From positions 56,488,862 to 56,552,861 of the forward strand of contig CM074511.1 of the NCBI GenBank assembly GCA_037379345.1: DNA of 64,000 bases. The letters are read 5' to 3'. Made by a program: the position numbers and the translations under genes. Shown here in pieces: positions 36,001-51,000 of this stretch. Source of the stretch: Perna viridis (taxonomy: Eukaryota). The notes under the pieces are model-generated. The model saw only the letters and a list, made by a program, of their open reading frames with translations. It did no database searches and was not told where the DNA came from. Positions within the stretch are counted from its first letter, which is position 1. Every line of letters starts with the position of its first letter.

Positions 36001-39000
36001 GGTCGCTTATATAGACCAAGAAACCAGATTAGGAACCACATTAAACAACTGGCAATGAATATTTATAGATATCAGGGCCCTGCTTATGTATATGACCTAT
36101 ATAGTCTTTATATAGAAGTGCCCCTGTGCCTGAATTGGAAACTGGGTAATGTTCAATGCTAACCGATTATTTCATGTAAATTTCCTGTTCTCATACAAGC
36201 AAGAAACACACATAGAACACATGTGTATGATATTTAAAGAGGTACATTTTTTCTTTGTAGGCCGCTAGAACTATGGCAATAAACACAGCAAAGATCTGCA
36301 GCATAATGTGGAGTAGTGATATATAATTATACAAATCATATGCCAATATAAAGTACTGAAGTTACAAATGCAAGAAGTTGCTAACAATATTAGTGACTTA
36401 AAAATAAAAGATGCTAATTTTCTTAAATATCATTTTCAACAATAAAATCATAACAAATATATATTAATCACTATCACCAAAATAAAACAAACATGAAAAT
36501 ATCAACTTTCAGCTGTTTTTTGTTTTTTTTTCAGGTTGTTTTTTTGTTGTTGAAATCATCCCTACCTTCCATGGATCAAGTTTACTCATTTCCTTTTCTT
36601 CCTCTTGTTTTAATCTAGCCTGATTTTCGGGAGTTAATTCTCCTGAAAAAGAGGAATCTTTTTAGCTAACACTGAATCATTTAAATTTTGTGAAGAAATT
36701 GCTACATGTAGCCACAAAAAGAGCGATTTGAACAAAATTCATTGAAGTCCTATAACTTTAATAAAACTTGTTCAACAAAAATGGTTGTGTAATATAATGT
36801 CTTAACCAGCCTACAAAATTAAGCAAACTGTCGCAGATGGCATCACATGAGTTATCCAAACAAAGTATATGGCTGACAACATTGATACAGATGATTAATG
36901 AATCCTGTAGCAGAAGGGGACAAACATGCATCCCAGGCATCCTTACTAGACACACTTTATGTATCAAACAATTTCTTTCAATATACAAATGCCACACAAC
37001 TCTCTATTTTAGTCACAAGACTTGTGGTCTAAGTTGGTCAAATTTGGTTAAGAGCATGCATATAAAACAGCAAAACTTAGGTTCAATGATAATTGTATAA
37101 TTTATGGAGGAACATTTGATAAAACATGACAAATACAAAACTCTGCATTTATTTTGATATTTACCTGACAATTGCTGTAAAAATGATTTTGGTCTTAAAA
37201 GGATTGCTATTGCACAGCTACTAAAACTGTATATAGGTAAATAAAATTGCATTCTGTCTTAAAACAGGCTTACGCAGCACACACATCATTATTTTTTTTT
37301 TACTTATCAATACAATGTTACAAACCATCTGCTAATCTTTGGGTCCATTCTTGACATGCTTTGGCAAAAAATTCATTGTTGAAAGCTGTACAACTTAGCC
37401 TGAAAAAAAAAATTACCTCTGAATGTCATACTAAATTAGAAGTTGTTTTTTTTTTCATTTGATGGGTAGTTTATATTTCGTTTGCTATATTTTCAAACCA
37501 ACAAGAAAAACTGTGAGAAAAGTTCACTTTTCAAGTGTGGGGTATACAAATACTACTAGAACAGTGAGTAGACTGGCAATGAGATACCCTTGACATAAGA
37601 ATTTAAGACTAACCTCATTCCATCATCTTTTCCAATACATCTATCACATTCAGGGAGCAATTGTAAAAGTTTGTACTGGTAATTTGGTGGAAGTAAATCA
37701 AATGTATGTCTGTCAATCAATGTCTAAAATATAAATATATTGTATATTGTATGATTTACTGATGATGAAAAAAAAATAAACTATAAAAATTAAATGATGT
37801 ATACAAATAAGAAAGTTCATAAATTAGGTAAAAAATGAAAAAAAGTATAAAAGTTTGTAAGCCATGTGCTTCCAGGGTCTTCTAGGACAGAAATAAGTAA
37901 AAATAATTGGTTTCCATATAATCTATTAAGATGCATGTATTTTGTGCAAGCAAGTACATTCTGGCAGCATTCTCCTTAATCAATCTCTGTACAGGGTTCT
38001 CCTAGGGATTTTCAGACAGCACTGTATTCAGAGCATGTGACACGATGTTAATATGTCTCGTGTCTAAACATGCCACTTTGTATTTAATGTATTATATAAA
38101 GATTGATCAGTGTATTAAAAATGTACATTTGTACATTGCTGTTTCTCTTTACATGTTATTTGTAGGTAAATATTTTACCTTTTTTTTTTCTTTTGCAGTA
38201 ATTATAACTTTAAAACCATTTTTTATTTTTCCTTTTTAAATTAACAAAAAAATTTAAGATATTCTATCAAATTATAATAAGTAATTCTTCTTAAATATTT
38301 TCTTTAATTCATACACACCCAGTGTTCTTCAAATTTTTGCTGACAGCAGACCCTAAGAAATTACAATTTTTCATTTATGGGGCCTCAATGGCTCATTTGT
38401 ATGTGATATTCATTTGATTAACAGCAATCTCTATTAAACTCTTTTTCTAGTCTCAGTAACTTTCAATATATCTATATCTTTAGAATATTATCTAATCAGG
38501 TACATGTAAAAGACTACTCTTAATATTCATGTTTCCAAAAAATTTCAGGAAGAAGTGTGGAGTTGACCTTGTTATACCAGGAAAAAACATAAATCTTATT
38601 CTTGTTATTTAAAGTTGGCACACTAGTTGTTTTGTTTTGTTTTTTAATTTTATGTTTATATGTAGTTTATTCATGACAAAAACCCCATATCATGATTTAC
38701 AAAAAAAATTTTTTTCCCCCACACCTGTTGTACAATTTTTAAACCTGGGGGATTTTACGATCGATTACTTAACTAATTTTCCCTGCAAAAAAAATGTGCT
38801 CTAGATACACAACAACATGGCAATGTAAACAATAGACGGCCATTTCTTTTCATATTCTTTTCAATATGTTTTTTATAAGGTAAATCAGCTTCTTAATGTT
38901 GAAAACGTCATGTGATTGTGCGATTATTCAACTTTGCATTTATAAATAGCCACATGCTTTTGGTCTGGGTTGAGTGAATTTCTACCACAGTCAGTTTTGA

Positions 39001-42000
39001 TTGGTTCAGTATCAGATATTAATATCTGATTGACACCTTCATTACCATTTATTTGTGGCGAGGTGGGGTGACTGATAAAGAATCTTGTCGGTAATGTCAC
39101 AGGCTTCAGACACGCGGTGATCAACTGACCATTGCGTGTTTACTGCTAATTACCTTGTAGGATGCTGTAAATGACCTTTGGGGCATATGTTTCCTGTCTT
39201 CATTGATTTTTAATCCTCAAATTTAAGTTTATAGCACAACGCTGGTAGCAAGATAGCACAGTACTGATCTTGATAGCACCGTAAAGCACAGCGCTTTATG
39301 GGCCTGGGGAGAACACTGCTCTATGATGCATTTAGATTAAACAGCTCTGCTGTATACTTACCCTTAGATTGGTAGTAACCAGAATAGAATCAGGTGTCTC
39401 TAAATCAATACATCCCTCCTTTGTTTGGGCTATCTGTGCAGCATGACTTAATTTCTTTGTTCTCTTTCTCGGCTTTAAAAAAAATAAGTTTTTAATGAGG
39501 TAACCATGGCGGGAGCATGTACTTTTCAACTGGCCCTACTTATTTTATAGGGTTCAACCTTTCTCATCAAAAGAACGATAAATTACAATGAATAAGAGAA
39601 CACTGAGCAATACGAGAACAAAAACTCTATAGTTTTTGCATCAAGAATCTTCTTCACAACTGAAGTTTTATTCAGACTTTTAAACCAGAAGTCATCTTTT
39701 ACGATTTGTAAACAAAAATCAGCTGGAAGTTATCATAAAGTCCATTTCAGAACTTTTTATCTTTTACAATAATTACTGATCATGAGAGGTGATGTAGAAG
39801 CAAATCCTGGGCCCATAAAAACCCATGCCTCTCCTGTTCCAAAGCTGTGAGGGAAAATCAAAAAGGGCTACTGTGGGATTTCTGTGACGTCTGGGTTCAT
39901 TTAAAATGCAAATCATCATCACTTAAGCGATACAATGAACTAGATGGCACACCTGAACCATACTTTTGTGAGACCTGTGATGATCGCCTTCCATACTTCA
40001 CAAAACTGTTTTTTTCTTCTAGCCAAACACCATCCCTGTTAAATGACTGAGTACCAAGAGCCTAAACTCAATCAAATTACATCAGACATAGAAACATCAC
40101 ATGGAAGATCTTTTGAAATATCAGATGATGACTCAGTCTCAATTGGTATGGGCACACATGAGGACATTTATCAAGAGCTGTCCTATATGAGGAAAAAAAA
40201 CACCCAAAGCAATTACAATGTGCATACCTTAACATCAATAGCCTTAGAAATAAAACATGCCATACAAAAGAATGAGGCACTGTTGATGTGCTTAACCTTG
40301 TGGAAACAAAATTTGATCATTCTTTTGTAAACTGTCAATTCAGAGTAGACGACTACACCTTGTGGAGAGCTGACAAAATGCAAATGGAGGAGGAGTGGCT
40401 ATGTACCTAAGATCAGACATTGCTTGTGGCAGAAAGAAAAACCTTGTATTTGAGCAAATAGAGTCAATAGGTATAGAACTTATCTTAACACCAGAAAATG
40501 GTATAATTGTGGGGCATATAAGCCACTGTCAATGAATGACTAATAGTGTTTTCTCCAATGATTTTACAAAATACACAGATAAATTGACTTGTAACTTGGA
40601 GATTTGAACTGTAATATTCTAAATATAGAAAAGAGTTCTCCATTGAAAGACCTATGTGATATTTTTGATCTTACAAACCTTATTAAAGAACCTACATGTT
40701 TCTGTAAAGGGGAAAACCCTAAGTTTGGTAGATGTTATTTTTACAAATAGACCTAAATATTGTAGTAATACATGTAATTTTGGAACAGGCATTAGTGATG
40801 TCCACAATCTAATTGCCTTTCAATTCAAAGTAGAAATTCCACCTAAAGTGAAAACTACTAAATTTTATAGAAGTTTCAAAAATTTGGATAGTGAGCATTT
40901 TTTAAGAGGCTCAGAGCAGTCAGATGTTGGCAATTTATAATATACAAATGTAAATGAAGCATATGATGTTTTTAACAACAACTTCATGGATGAATATAAT
41001 AAGCGTGTACCATTGAAAAGGAGAAATACTGTAAGAGCTGAGCACCAGTTCCTTTTATGAACCGCAAATTGTGGCAAGCTGTATTTAAGAAAAGAATGCT
41101 TCATAATACATTGTATATTTAAAAGCAAAGGAGACTCTAAATCATAGGAAAATTATTGAGTACAAAGAAATTTGGTAAATAAGATCAAGCATGAATCTGT
41201 AAAAAAAGTATTTTATAGAATGATGTGCAGGTGGTCCCAAAAGTAAAGACTTTTGGCCCACCATAAAACTTTTTTTTGACTAATAATTTTGTATCAGATA
41301 CTGTAATTAGAGAAAATGATCAACTGTTAACAAATCAGAAATATATAAGCTGTGTATTTAATGATTTTTTAATCAATGTAGCCAAAGACATAAGAAATGG
41401 GACAATTCAAATAGATAACAACCACCCCAGCATTACTAACATCAAAGAAAATGCCACTTCAAACCTATTACAGAAGCATTCACACAAAAACAGTTCAACA
41501 AAACAAATGTAAAAAAGGCTACTGGTTTTGATGAAATTTCTCCTAAAATTCTGAAAATAGCTGTGCCAGTAGTAAAACGTCCAATTACCAACCTGATCAA
41601 CATGACTTATGAGACTTCAGTTTTCCAGACAAATTTAAAATAGTACAGGTAGTACCAATTCACAAGACAAACAGCACACTAGAAAAGAGAAACTACAGAC
41701 CAGTCAGTCTACTACCGACCATTACAAAACTTTATGAAAGAGCTACTGAATCTCAGACATGTGAATTTTTTTAAACCAGATTTAACATTTTCTTGTCAAC
41801 TTTTAGACATGGCTACAGTTGTCAAGATATTTTGATCAAAATTATTGAAGACTGGCATAAATCTTAGATAAAAATAAATTCACTGCTGCTATACTGACAG
41901 ATCTGTCAAAAGCGTTTGTCTACCGCATGATCTGCTCCTATTGAAAAAAAACAAACAAAAACACTATGGTTCGTCTGAAAACCCTACCTTTTTTAAATAT

Positions 42001-45000
42001 TTATCTTAAAAACAAGAAGCAGTGTGTTAAAATTGGTTCTATATGCAGTCCGTTTTTGGACATTTATAGAGGGGTTTCACAGGGGTCAATTTTGCGACCT
42101 GTCCTTTTTAATATTTTTAACAATAACTTTCACTTTATTTGGAAAAGTGACTTATACAACTATGCTGATGACAATACATTATCATATAGTAGAAATGATT
42201 TACAAGATATTGTAAACACTCTGGAACAGGAGAGTAGTATTTTAATCAAATGGTTCTCAGATAATCATATGAAAACCAATCCTGACACATTTCAGGCTAT
42301 TGCAATTGGCAGTAAGACTCAAAAAGAGAACATTACTTTTAACTTAGATGGAAATGAGGATGAGGATGAGGTAAATTTACTTGGAATAACATTTGATGTT
42401 AAAGTGAACTTTAATAGTCATATCTCTAATATATGTAAAAAGGCATCACAACAATTAAATGTATTAAAAAGAGTTGGTCATCATCTCAGTAAATTTGGTA
42501 AACTTACAATATATATATTCTTTTACACTAGCAAGTTTCAACAAATTGTCCATTAGTATGGCATTTTTGTAATGAGAGCTGTACAAAAAAGTTAGAAAAG
42601 ATTCAAGAAAGAGCTTTGCGCTTTATTTATAATGATGATAAAAGTACATATGAAGAGTTGTTAGTAAAGTCTAAGATGCCATCCTTAAAGAATTAGATGA
42701 TAAAGACAAGATATATATAAAATAATAAACAAGCTTACTCCTGTATACTTACATGATATGATAACTGTTAAAGAAAGTTCTTACTCTTTTAGGTATACAA
42801 ACTTGGTGAACATACCAAGAGCAAACACAACCAGGTATGGACTGCATTCTGTCAGTTATGGGGCAGCTAAACTATGGAACCAACTTCCACATGAATTAAG
42901 AGGGGACATGGGCCATGATCAATTTAAAAGTTTTATAAATAAGTGGGAGGAGAGGGATGCTCTTGCTCCTTTTGCCAATAGGTTGGCTAACACAACTGAC
43001 AGATGCAACATCATCTCCTTAAAATCTTTCATTTATTATTTTAATTTGTTGGCATGTTGTCTTTAATACTTTTAACTGCTCTTTTCTATTATATCAAAAT
43101 TTCAAACAAATGTAAAAGTGTTTGAATGAACTGTAAATAAGTACCATGGTGTCATAATTAAGAGTGGTTCTAATCTATATTCAAAACTGTTACATTACCG
43201 TATTATAGATCAAGTCATAATAGTTTCTCATTAAATAACAGCTCATGTTTGTATACATGTATGGTAAAAAATACTTTTGAAAGAAAGCAATTACCTGGTC
43301 TAAATTTAGTTTTTAGTAGGTTGATTATACAGGTATTTGAAAAATAATATTTTTGGCTATTGTACTCTCTGTTTTCGTGTCTTATCTGTTGAATAACATC
43401 CTGAGTATTCTTGAATTCACTACCAAGTCCACAAGATTGTTTTAGAAAACATAGAACTACCTACTCTCATACTTAAGCCTGGAATACCAGCCAGTATTTC
43501 TCTCATAGTCTGAGGTCTCTGAGGTTGTGTCACTTCAGGCTCAGACTCCTCTGAGTTCTGACTGCCATTCTGCTGAACAGGAAGTGCTACTTTCTCTTGT
43601 ACTGTAGCAACTTCTTTCTTTGGTTCTTCTTTCTTTTCTGTGTAAGAAGAAAAACCAAAAGTAAGTAGACTAAATCTAAAAGTTGATTTCAAAAAGATAT
43701 CATCAATTTATATGCAATGTACAAATACTGGCATGCACTAAAGCTTGAAATATCTGCCAAATACAAAACATTCTGGAAACCTTTACATAGTTAACTGTTT
43801 TTCCAGGTCTCCCTAGATTACAATTTTCATAAATATACAGGGAAATAGTAAAGAAAAATAGAAAAGGCCAAACATTCTGCCCTATGTTATCATCTACTAT
43901 AAAAGACTGAATATCCATGAATAGATCAAAACACATATATAAGAGAAACTACATGCAAAATATAAGAAATCAAACTGTCTAAAATACTAATACAATGCAT
44001 TAATAATATTGCAGCACATTCAATCTAAAAATTTAAAATGCTCTCAAAATCAATCTAAATAAAACCATGTAGGAAAAGATATCATAAAGTATTCTTAATG
44101 CATGTGAAGTGCTTCCTTGTTTACCTTCTTTGGGTGGAGGAGGGATAGGCTTAATTATAATTCTTGGATATTCTAATTTCTTCTTCATCTGTCGCAAGGA
44201 CTGCCTTATACTTCTACGCAGGCGTGTTGGCTGTGAATTAGTATTTTTTGTATTGTCCCCATTGATTTGAGACTTGGTAGTTTCTTCTTCATCTTCATTT
44301 TCTTCTTCATCTGTGGCAGGTATAGTTGTTATACCACTTGGAAGTTTAACATATACCACTGAAAAGCCAATGCATAGCTTCATTGATAAAACACACACAC
44401 ACACACACACACCATAGCTGTCTTTTCACTTACACTAAAATTCAGTATGATCAAAGTTTGAACTGCTATAGTAGAAAATATCAAAACCCCTTTTCACCTT
44501 CAAGCCAGCTACTAAATTTTAACCAAAGACAACTTCAACTAGATTTATAAATTTAAAAACGAAGGTCATGATTTACGGCCAAGACAGTAATATTACTATA
44601 AACTATAGGTAGAATGTTTTCCTTTCATGCGAGTGTGTGTGCTTAGCAATCATTCTTAAAATACTACACACAATATTTTTTTAATTCTGAATTCAATTAT
44701 TTGAGCAAAAGCAAACCAATTTCAAATACTATAAAAACTGTAAGCAATGCTCACTAATTTGATACCCCCACTCCCCATTTAATAACATGCACCTTTTGAC
44801 CTCCATAGTGATTTAGAACAAATCAAAAATTGAAGATGCACAAAGGGAACATGTAATAAAGATTCTTTGAAAGTTTCATTCAATACCATTCAGTGGTATG
44901 TGAGGAATAACAGATGAGAGATGGGTCCTTAATATTCAGAATGACAAAGTCCAGGTTTTGCTATGTGAAAATCCCCAAATTGATTCAGATCAAATTTGAA

Positions 45001-48000
45001 AATAGGAGGTGCACAATGGGAACATGTAATGAAGATTCTTTAAAGTTTCATTCAATTCCATTCAGAGGTATAGGAGGAGAAAGGATAAGAGATGGGTCCC
45101 CCCAGTGTAACAGAAGGAAGGAGACCCCTATCACTATATACCTCCAAGTTTGCAAGAATAATAAAACGTAACATATTTCACAAACAAGTTACAATGGCAG
45201 TTTTAAGCAGCTCCACAGAGGAGCTTTTAATTTACAAGTGCTAAAAAACATTTGTCATTTGTAAAGGTAAATTCTGTGAACAGCCATCCCATTCAATCAA
45301 GAACTAATAGTTGGCCATATGTACATGTCCTTCTATACATTCTCAGTATTACATTCTTACCAAATTTAGTTAAAATCAGCCAATTGTTAAAAGCAGTTGA
45401 ACAATATTCTACCAAAAATTATGTAAATTTCCTCCTAGAATTCTAGATTTTTGTGTGCTTGTATGGAAACTGATATCATATCACTTGTCACAACTTACAA
45501 TTCTCTTTCTTTTGATCAGGAAAGTTACTATCTGTAATCTGAACATCTTCATCCTCTTCCTTCACTTCCACTACCTCAGAACCTTCAGGCAAATCACTCT
45601 GAAAACATACAATTGTCAGTCATAACTTGAGCATGGAAAGGTCAATATCTGTGACAACATTCATTCAGCATCTGCCAGAGCTTACCATAACTACACAGAC
45701 TTTTTGTACCGAGCTAGACTTCTTACAATTAGCCTTCTGAACCACGATTATGTTACTTCAAGATTGAAGTCATTACTACAGAAATTTTATGGTCCTTGTC
45801 ATGAACTTGTGGATTATTATGGTGTATCCATCTGCATCATGAAAACTGATTTGTTCAACATGTCATTCATGTAGTTTTTCTTCCCTCTTTCGTCTACCCT
45901 GGACTTGACTATAAACAACTCGGTATATGTTTCAAACAAAGCAGAGGACGCTTACCCTACAAGTGCACATGGTCCATGCTCCCAGTTTAATAATGGAGTC
46001 CAAGTTACTTTTGTTACTTTGTACATATTATTTTGGTTATTACATATTCTCTGTTGTGTATGTATGCTTTCTATGTCTGGTCTTTGTCCCTGAATTACAT
46101 TCTTTTGATTTCCACTAAAATCTTGGTTCCCTTGATTACTCACCTAGTAAGTTAATTAAATGGTTGAATAGGCTAATTTGTAAGGGATATAGTTATGATG
46201 TTGTTGTCCAATCGTTAAAAATAGCATTTTTTTTGTATTACCACTGACTCGCTCATCGGGGCTTTACAAAGAAACTAAACACACTATATTTAAAAGCAGT
46301 TTCCAGCATGACATGGGTTGTGTCCTTAATGTATGACTTATGATATACCATGATTCTAACCCCACATGGGAAAATTTAGAAATGATATTACATACATTGA
46401 GGGCATAACTTTTTGTCAGTTTAAACTAGTCAGGTGCTGGTAGTCCTCTATTTGTAAATATTTTTTCCACTGTGGCCAGAATTAAAATGGGAAGGGTTGA
46501 GATCATGCCAAAGTCCTTTTTTGTGTGAGTCCCAAGTCAGAAATTTCAGGCCCCTGTGTGTATTGTTTCGTTGTCAATTTCAGTTTACTTTTATGTTACT
46601 GGAGTATATGGGGCAACTATTGTGCTACACCTGTGTATAATGTTTTTTTTTTTTTGAGACCAGCTGCTGAATGCCCTGTGGTGTATTGTTTTCCTCGTCA
46701 TTTACTGAAGACCCTTGGGTGGCCTTGAGCTGACATTTTTCATCCCAGTTGGGTTGTCTCTTTGACATATTTACCATAATCATTCTTGTTATATTCAATG
46801 CTTCAAGAATAGTAGAACTTTTTTGTTCAGTTTATTATCAATATACCACTAAGGTAAGCTGTTAAAATGCACCCTGTTGTGTTAACCTTAAATAGACATT
46901 TGATCCAGTAACGATCAGAGTTTCTTTGGTCATAAAAGTCTACACTGAAAATAACAATTGAAATTTACATGTGTAATGACACTGACACAATTGCAAAATG
47001 TATAGTTCTGTAGATCACAGTATTATATAGACATGGGGAAAACTTAGCAACTTATGCACTTTTATATTAGAGAAGAAAGTGGAAATGGGGAATGTGTCAA
47101 AGACCCCTTCCAAACTGTGAATAAAACAGCCAAGGGCAGTCCATTGGCCTAACCTAATATATTTACCTTTAATCCATAAACATCTGACCTTCCAAACACT
47201 TTGTAAAATATACTGTCTTTTCCTCTTGAGTTGGTATCAAGACAGGAATTCAAACAGGCTAATGGTACTGAGCCACTGAAATGTCATCTTCCAAGTTAAT
47301 ATTCATTTGTATACTGAATTGTAGCAATAAAACTTGTTAGTCTGAAATATCTGTTTTCATTCATATGAAAGTAAAATATAAATTTATTTTAATACAAAAA
47401 TATCAATCATATAATTTACTGATAACACATCAGCAGCCCCACATCAACAGCATTTGAATCAAATACAAAAAGAGATCTAGATCCATCAATTGCATACAAG
47501 TAGGACTCAAAACCAAAATATTAAAATACATGTACAAAACCAAACCCAGTACTCCCATGGGCAACACAACAAATGCATGTAAATAGAAGCACTGATACTT
47601 TCTTGAATGTATACATGTAACTAAGCTTAAAAGATGTTTCAAAGTTTTATTTTACCTTTAATGAGTTATACAAGAGTTCAATCTTAGGAACATTTTTATT
47701 CTCTTTCTAATTGTAAACTTGTCAAATTGTTTTTTTTATTATGCAGCTGCTTTAACCATACACAAAATGCTGTATCAAATTTTATCTTTTTTATGTTACC
47801 TAGATACACTGAAGTTGACTGAAAATTTATGAATTTGGTGATGATTGTGTCAAAATAGAATACTAGTGTATGCAGTTGACTTTTACTTCCAGACCTCATT
47901 ATGTTATGACATTGCCTTAACAGATGCCAACCATGGTTAAAATAATGTTATGTTCCTACATTGCTGCAATATTTACAACAGTACATGCTACATACGTGTA

Positions 48001-51000
48001 TAGATTACAACTTCAGGAAAAACTAGTGTTATGTTATTCTTCTACCTTCTGCAATGGATACATTATAAACATGCACCACAATTGCTCTAAATATATATTA
48101 CCTTATGTCTTTCAAACTGTCATCTTTGATCTTTTGCATAATAGCCTTACAGTTCATTGGGGTTTGAGGTTTGCTTTCTAACACCTGTAATGCAGATCAA
48201 GCCAAATCTTGTTAATCTCAAATCCTACATGTATATATCAATGATATCATCTGCAAAGCATTAATGATACAAAATAACATGTAGCTTAAGAAATTAAACA
48301 AAGTAATTTATAACGAATTTCGCTCTACTGTATATCATCTGAAATTTTTTTCATTTGTATGTCAGACTAATTGTTCAATAAAAGCTTTGCGGAATGCAGC
48401 ATATGACTTCAGTGAGTTGGGGAAAGTGTGGACACAATATTAGTTTTTTACACACTTCAGCATAGGTCTTACGATTCATTATGGACACAACAACACTATA
48501 TTGCACAAAATTTGAAATTCAAATAAAACTTTTCAAATCAGACCAAAAATAAAAAAGTCCTTTTTTTGGGGTGTGGTCTCTTTGACCCTTAATAACTTAA
48601 AAACTAGAAGAGATATCTGAAATCTGATTGAAAAATGCAGACAAAATTTTTTTTACAGAATCCAATAAAAAAAATTTGAAATCGGATCATAAATAAAGTT
48701 CTTTTTCTTTTTTGGTGTTGCCCCTTTGACCCCTTATAATTCGAAAACAGTCCAAAACACATCAAATCTGCTGATACATAAAATAAATAGACCGGATTTA
48801 AATAAGGAGCACAACAGAAGAGGAATAATCAAATCGGATGAAAAACAAGCATTCTACATGGGTTTTACTAATACACCTATTTTGACCCTTTTTGGCCCCT
48901 TTTTCTAAAAAGGTAAGGGCCACTAACTCTAAAATAAATAGGAATCTTCTTTTGGTGGTAAGTAAAATCATATCAAAATTTCATAACAATTGATCAACTA
49001 CAACTAAAGTTAATGCACGGAAACAAAGTGTCCACAAATAACAACAGTGCCGATGACTGTAACATTGTATAAAATGACCACCTGGACATGAGATAAAATA
49101 AGATACAAGTAGTAGATTATGTCAGACAACCAATATTTATAATACAATACATTTACTTCAATTATAATTAGATGTTTTACCAAATTTCTTATTTTTCATT
49201 TAATCTTAATTACAGAGACTGTCTGGAGAAATTTTCAAGTAGGTACATAGGTAAAATAAAAGTTGCAGATGGGCTTATATTAATGCATGTCCAAACCCAA
49301 TTTTTTTCTCTACAACTGTTTATTACACACATGATGTTTCAGTGTAAACAAAACTGAAAAGAAGTTTAAACCAACCTAAAGTTCTGTAAGATTGCACAAT
49401 AACATTTGTAGTAAAAGGTCCATCTATCAATTTAGATAAATCATACTATTATAGAATAAAAATTAGTGTATCATCATCGAAGGATGATTGATGTTTGAGA
49501 GTTTTATTAGGATGACCCTTAAATACGTACTGCTAGAATGCCTTAATTACCTATTTAAAATATTAATAATTATCTAAATCTCCTGTAAATGTGTGAAATC
49601 ATCATCAGTAAAGCCATTTGTTGGCTCGAGTCCTGTCCATCAGTCAACAAATAGAATTTGTCCAATGTTACATTTAAAAATAGAATAAATTGCCTGTCAA
49701 CAGAAAGATAAATAGTCTGGTCAGATAAGAGATAAGATGACTTCAAAAAGAAGGATAAAAACAAAATCTTTATATTTTTACGACATAAATGAATCCATCT
49801 TGATATCTTGAAATCAATCAGCAAATTGAAGCTCCCCTAACTACCCATAATTCTATGTTCCCAATGATCAATGCACCACTAGTAAGATTAGTCTGCCAAA
49901 AATTGGATCAGACCTGTCCATTGTCAGTATCTACAGGACCTATTAGTATTATCTGATGGACATGACAATGATTTTGTGCAGCACTGAGAAACATGTTGAA
50001 TGGACAACACTAGGCATCTTAATGGGAGTCTCCACAACAATTTCAGGAAACATGCGTTTCTGTTTTTTTTTCATTAAGTTTCATAAAGTCTGTAGAAAAA
50101 TATAAAATGGTTCCTTCCAATTTTTTTTTAAGATCTTTTTTAATAATTGATGCTTTAAATTTAAAATTATGATATCCAGACTATCAGATTACATGTGACT
50201 TAGGACATGTACATTGTTCTTTTTACTTCCAAAAAAATTAAACAAATATTTTTTAATTCAATTTCTTCTTTTATTTAAGTAACACATTTATACGCTTTTT
50301 ATTTGCTTAAACATGCAATAATTTTTATTCTGAATATATTGTTAACATGTATTTATTTAATGAGTTCTTCACTAATTAAATTTGACGAACTTTTGTTAGT
50401 ATGATATCAAAATTTCTAACTATTCATTTTTTTAATTACACTTTCTTAATTATACAATCAATGCTCTGATTAAATCAAGCAAATAATAATAGGCCCAGTG
50501 CCAGTATTAAAATCATTATTTTAACTGTCAATAATACCATTAAACACAATATCTTTACATTGTATTTTTAATGAAAATGTACATGTGCCTACATAAATAA
50601 TAAACATTGTAATACATATTAATATTGTACTTTAGTAATGCAAGATGACAAAGTGGTTGTTATACTACAGAAAAATACAGTTACTGAAAACTCATAGTGG
50701 TAATTCTCTAATGTAATTAAGGAATGTGAGATGTCATCTTTAACATTGTTGAATCTTACACGGCCAAAAGTAGATTTTTCTGGTTTTGTCTGTAGAATGG
50801 GGTTGAAATAAAAATTTATAATTAATTTGATTAAAAACAGAAACAGAATTGCTTTAGGTTACATGTAATAGCCCTTCTAAGTTCTAGTCTGATTAAGATT
50901 GATTAATACTATATGCACATCATGTTAAATTTAGTCAATGGAAAGTCTAAAAAAAATATTAACCTCTTTTAAATAATGATGGTAACCTATCTTGAGATAG

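Noticed and set aside
44138-44175. [12 protein letters not shown] in ASXL exon 5 as a BRD4 ET-binding motif
   Set aside because: Only a loose resemblance to alternating basic/hydrophobic motifs, not supportable without alignments.
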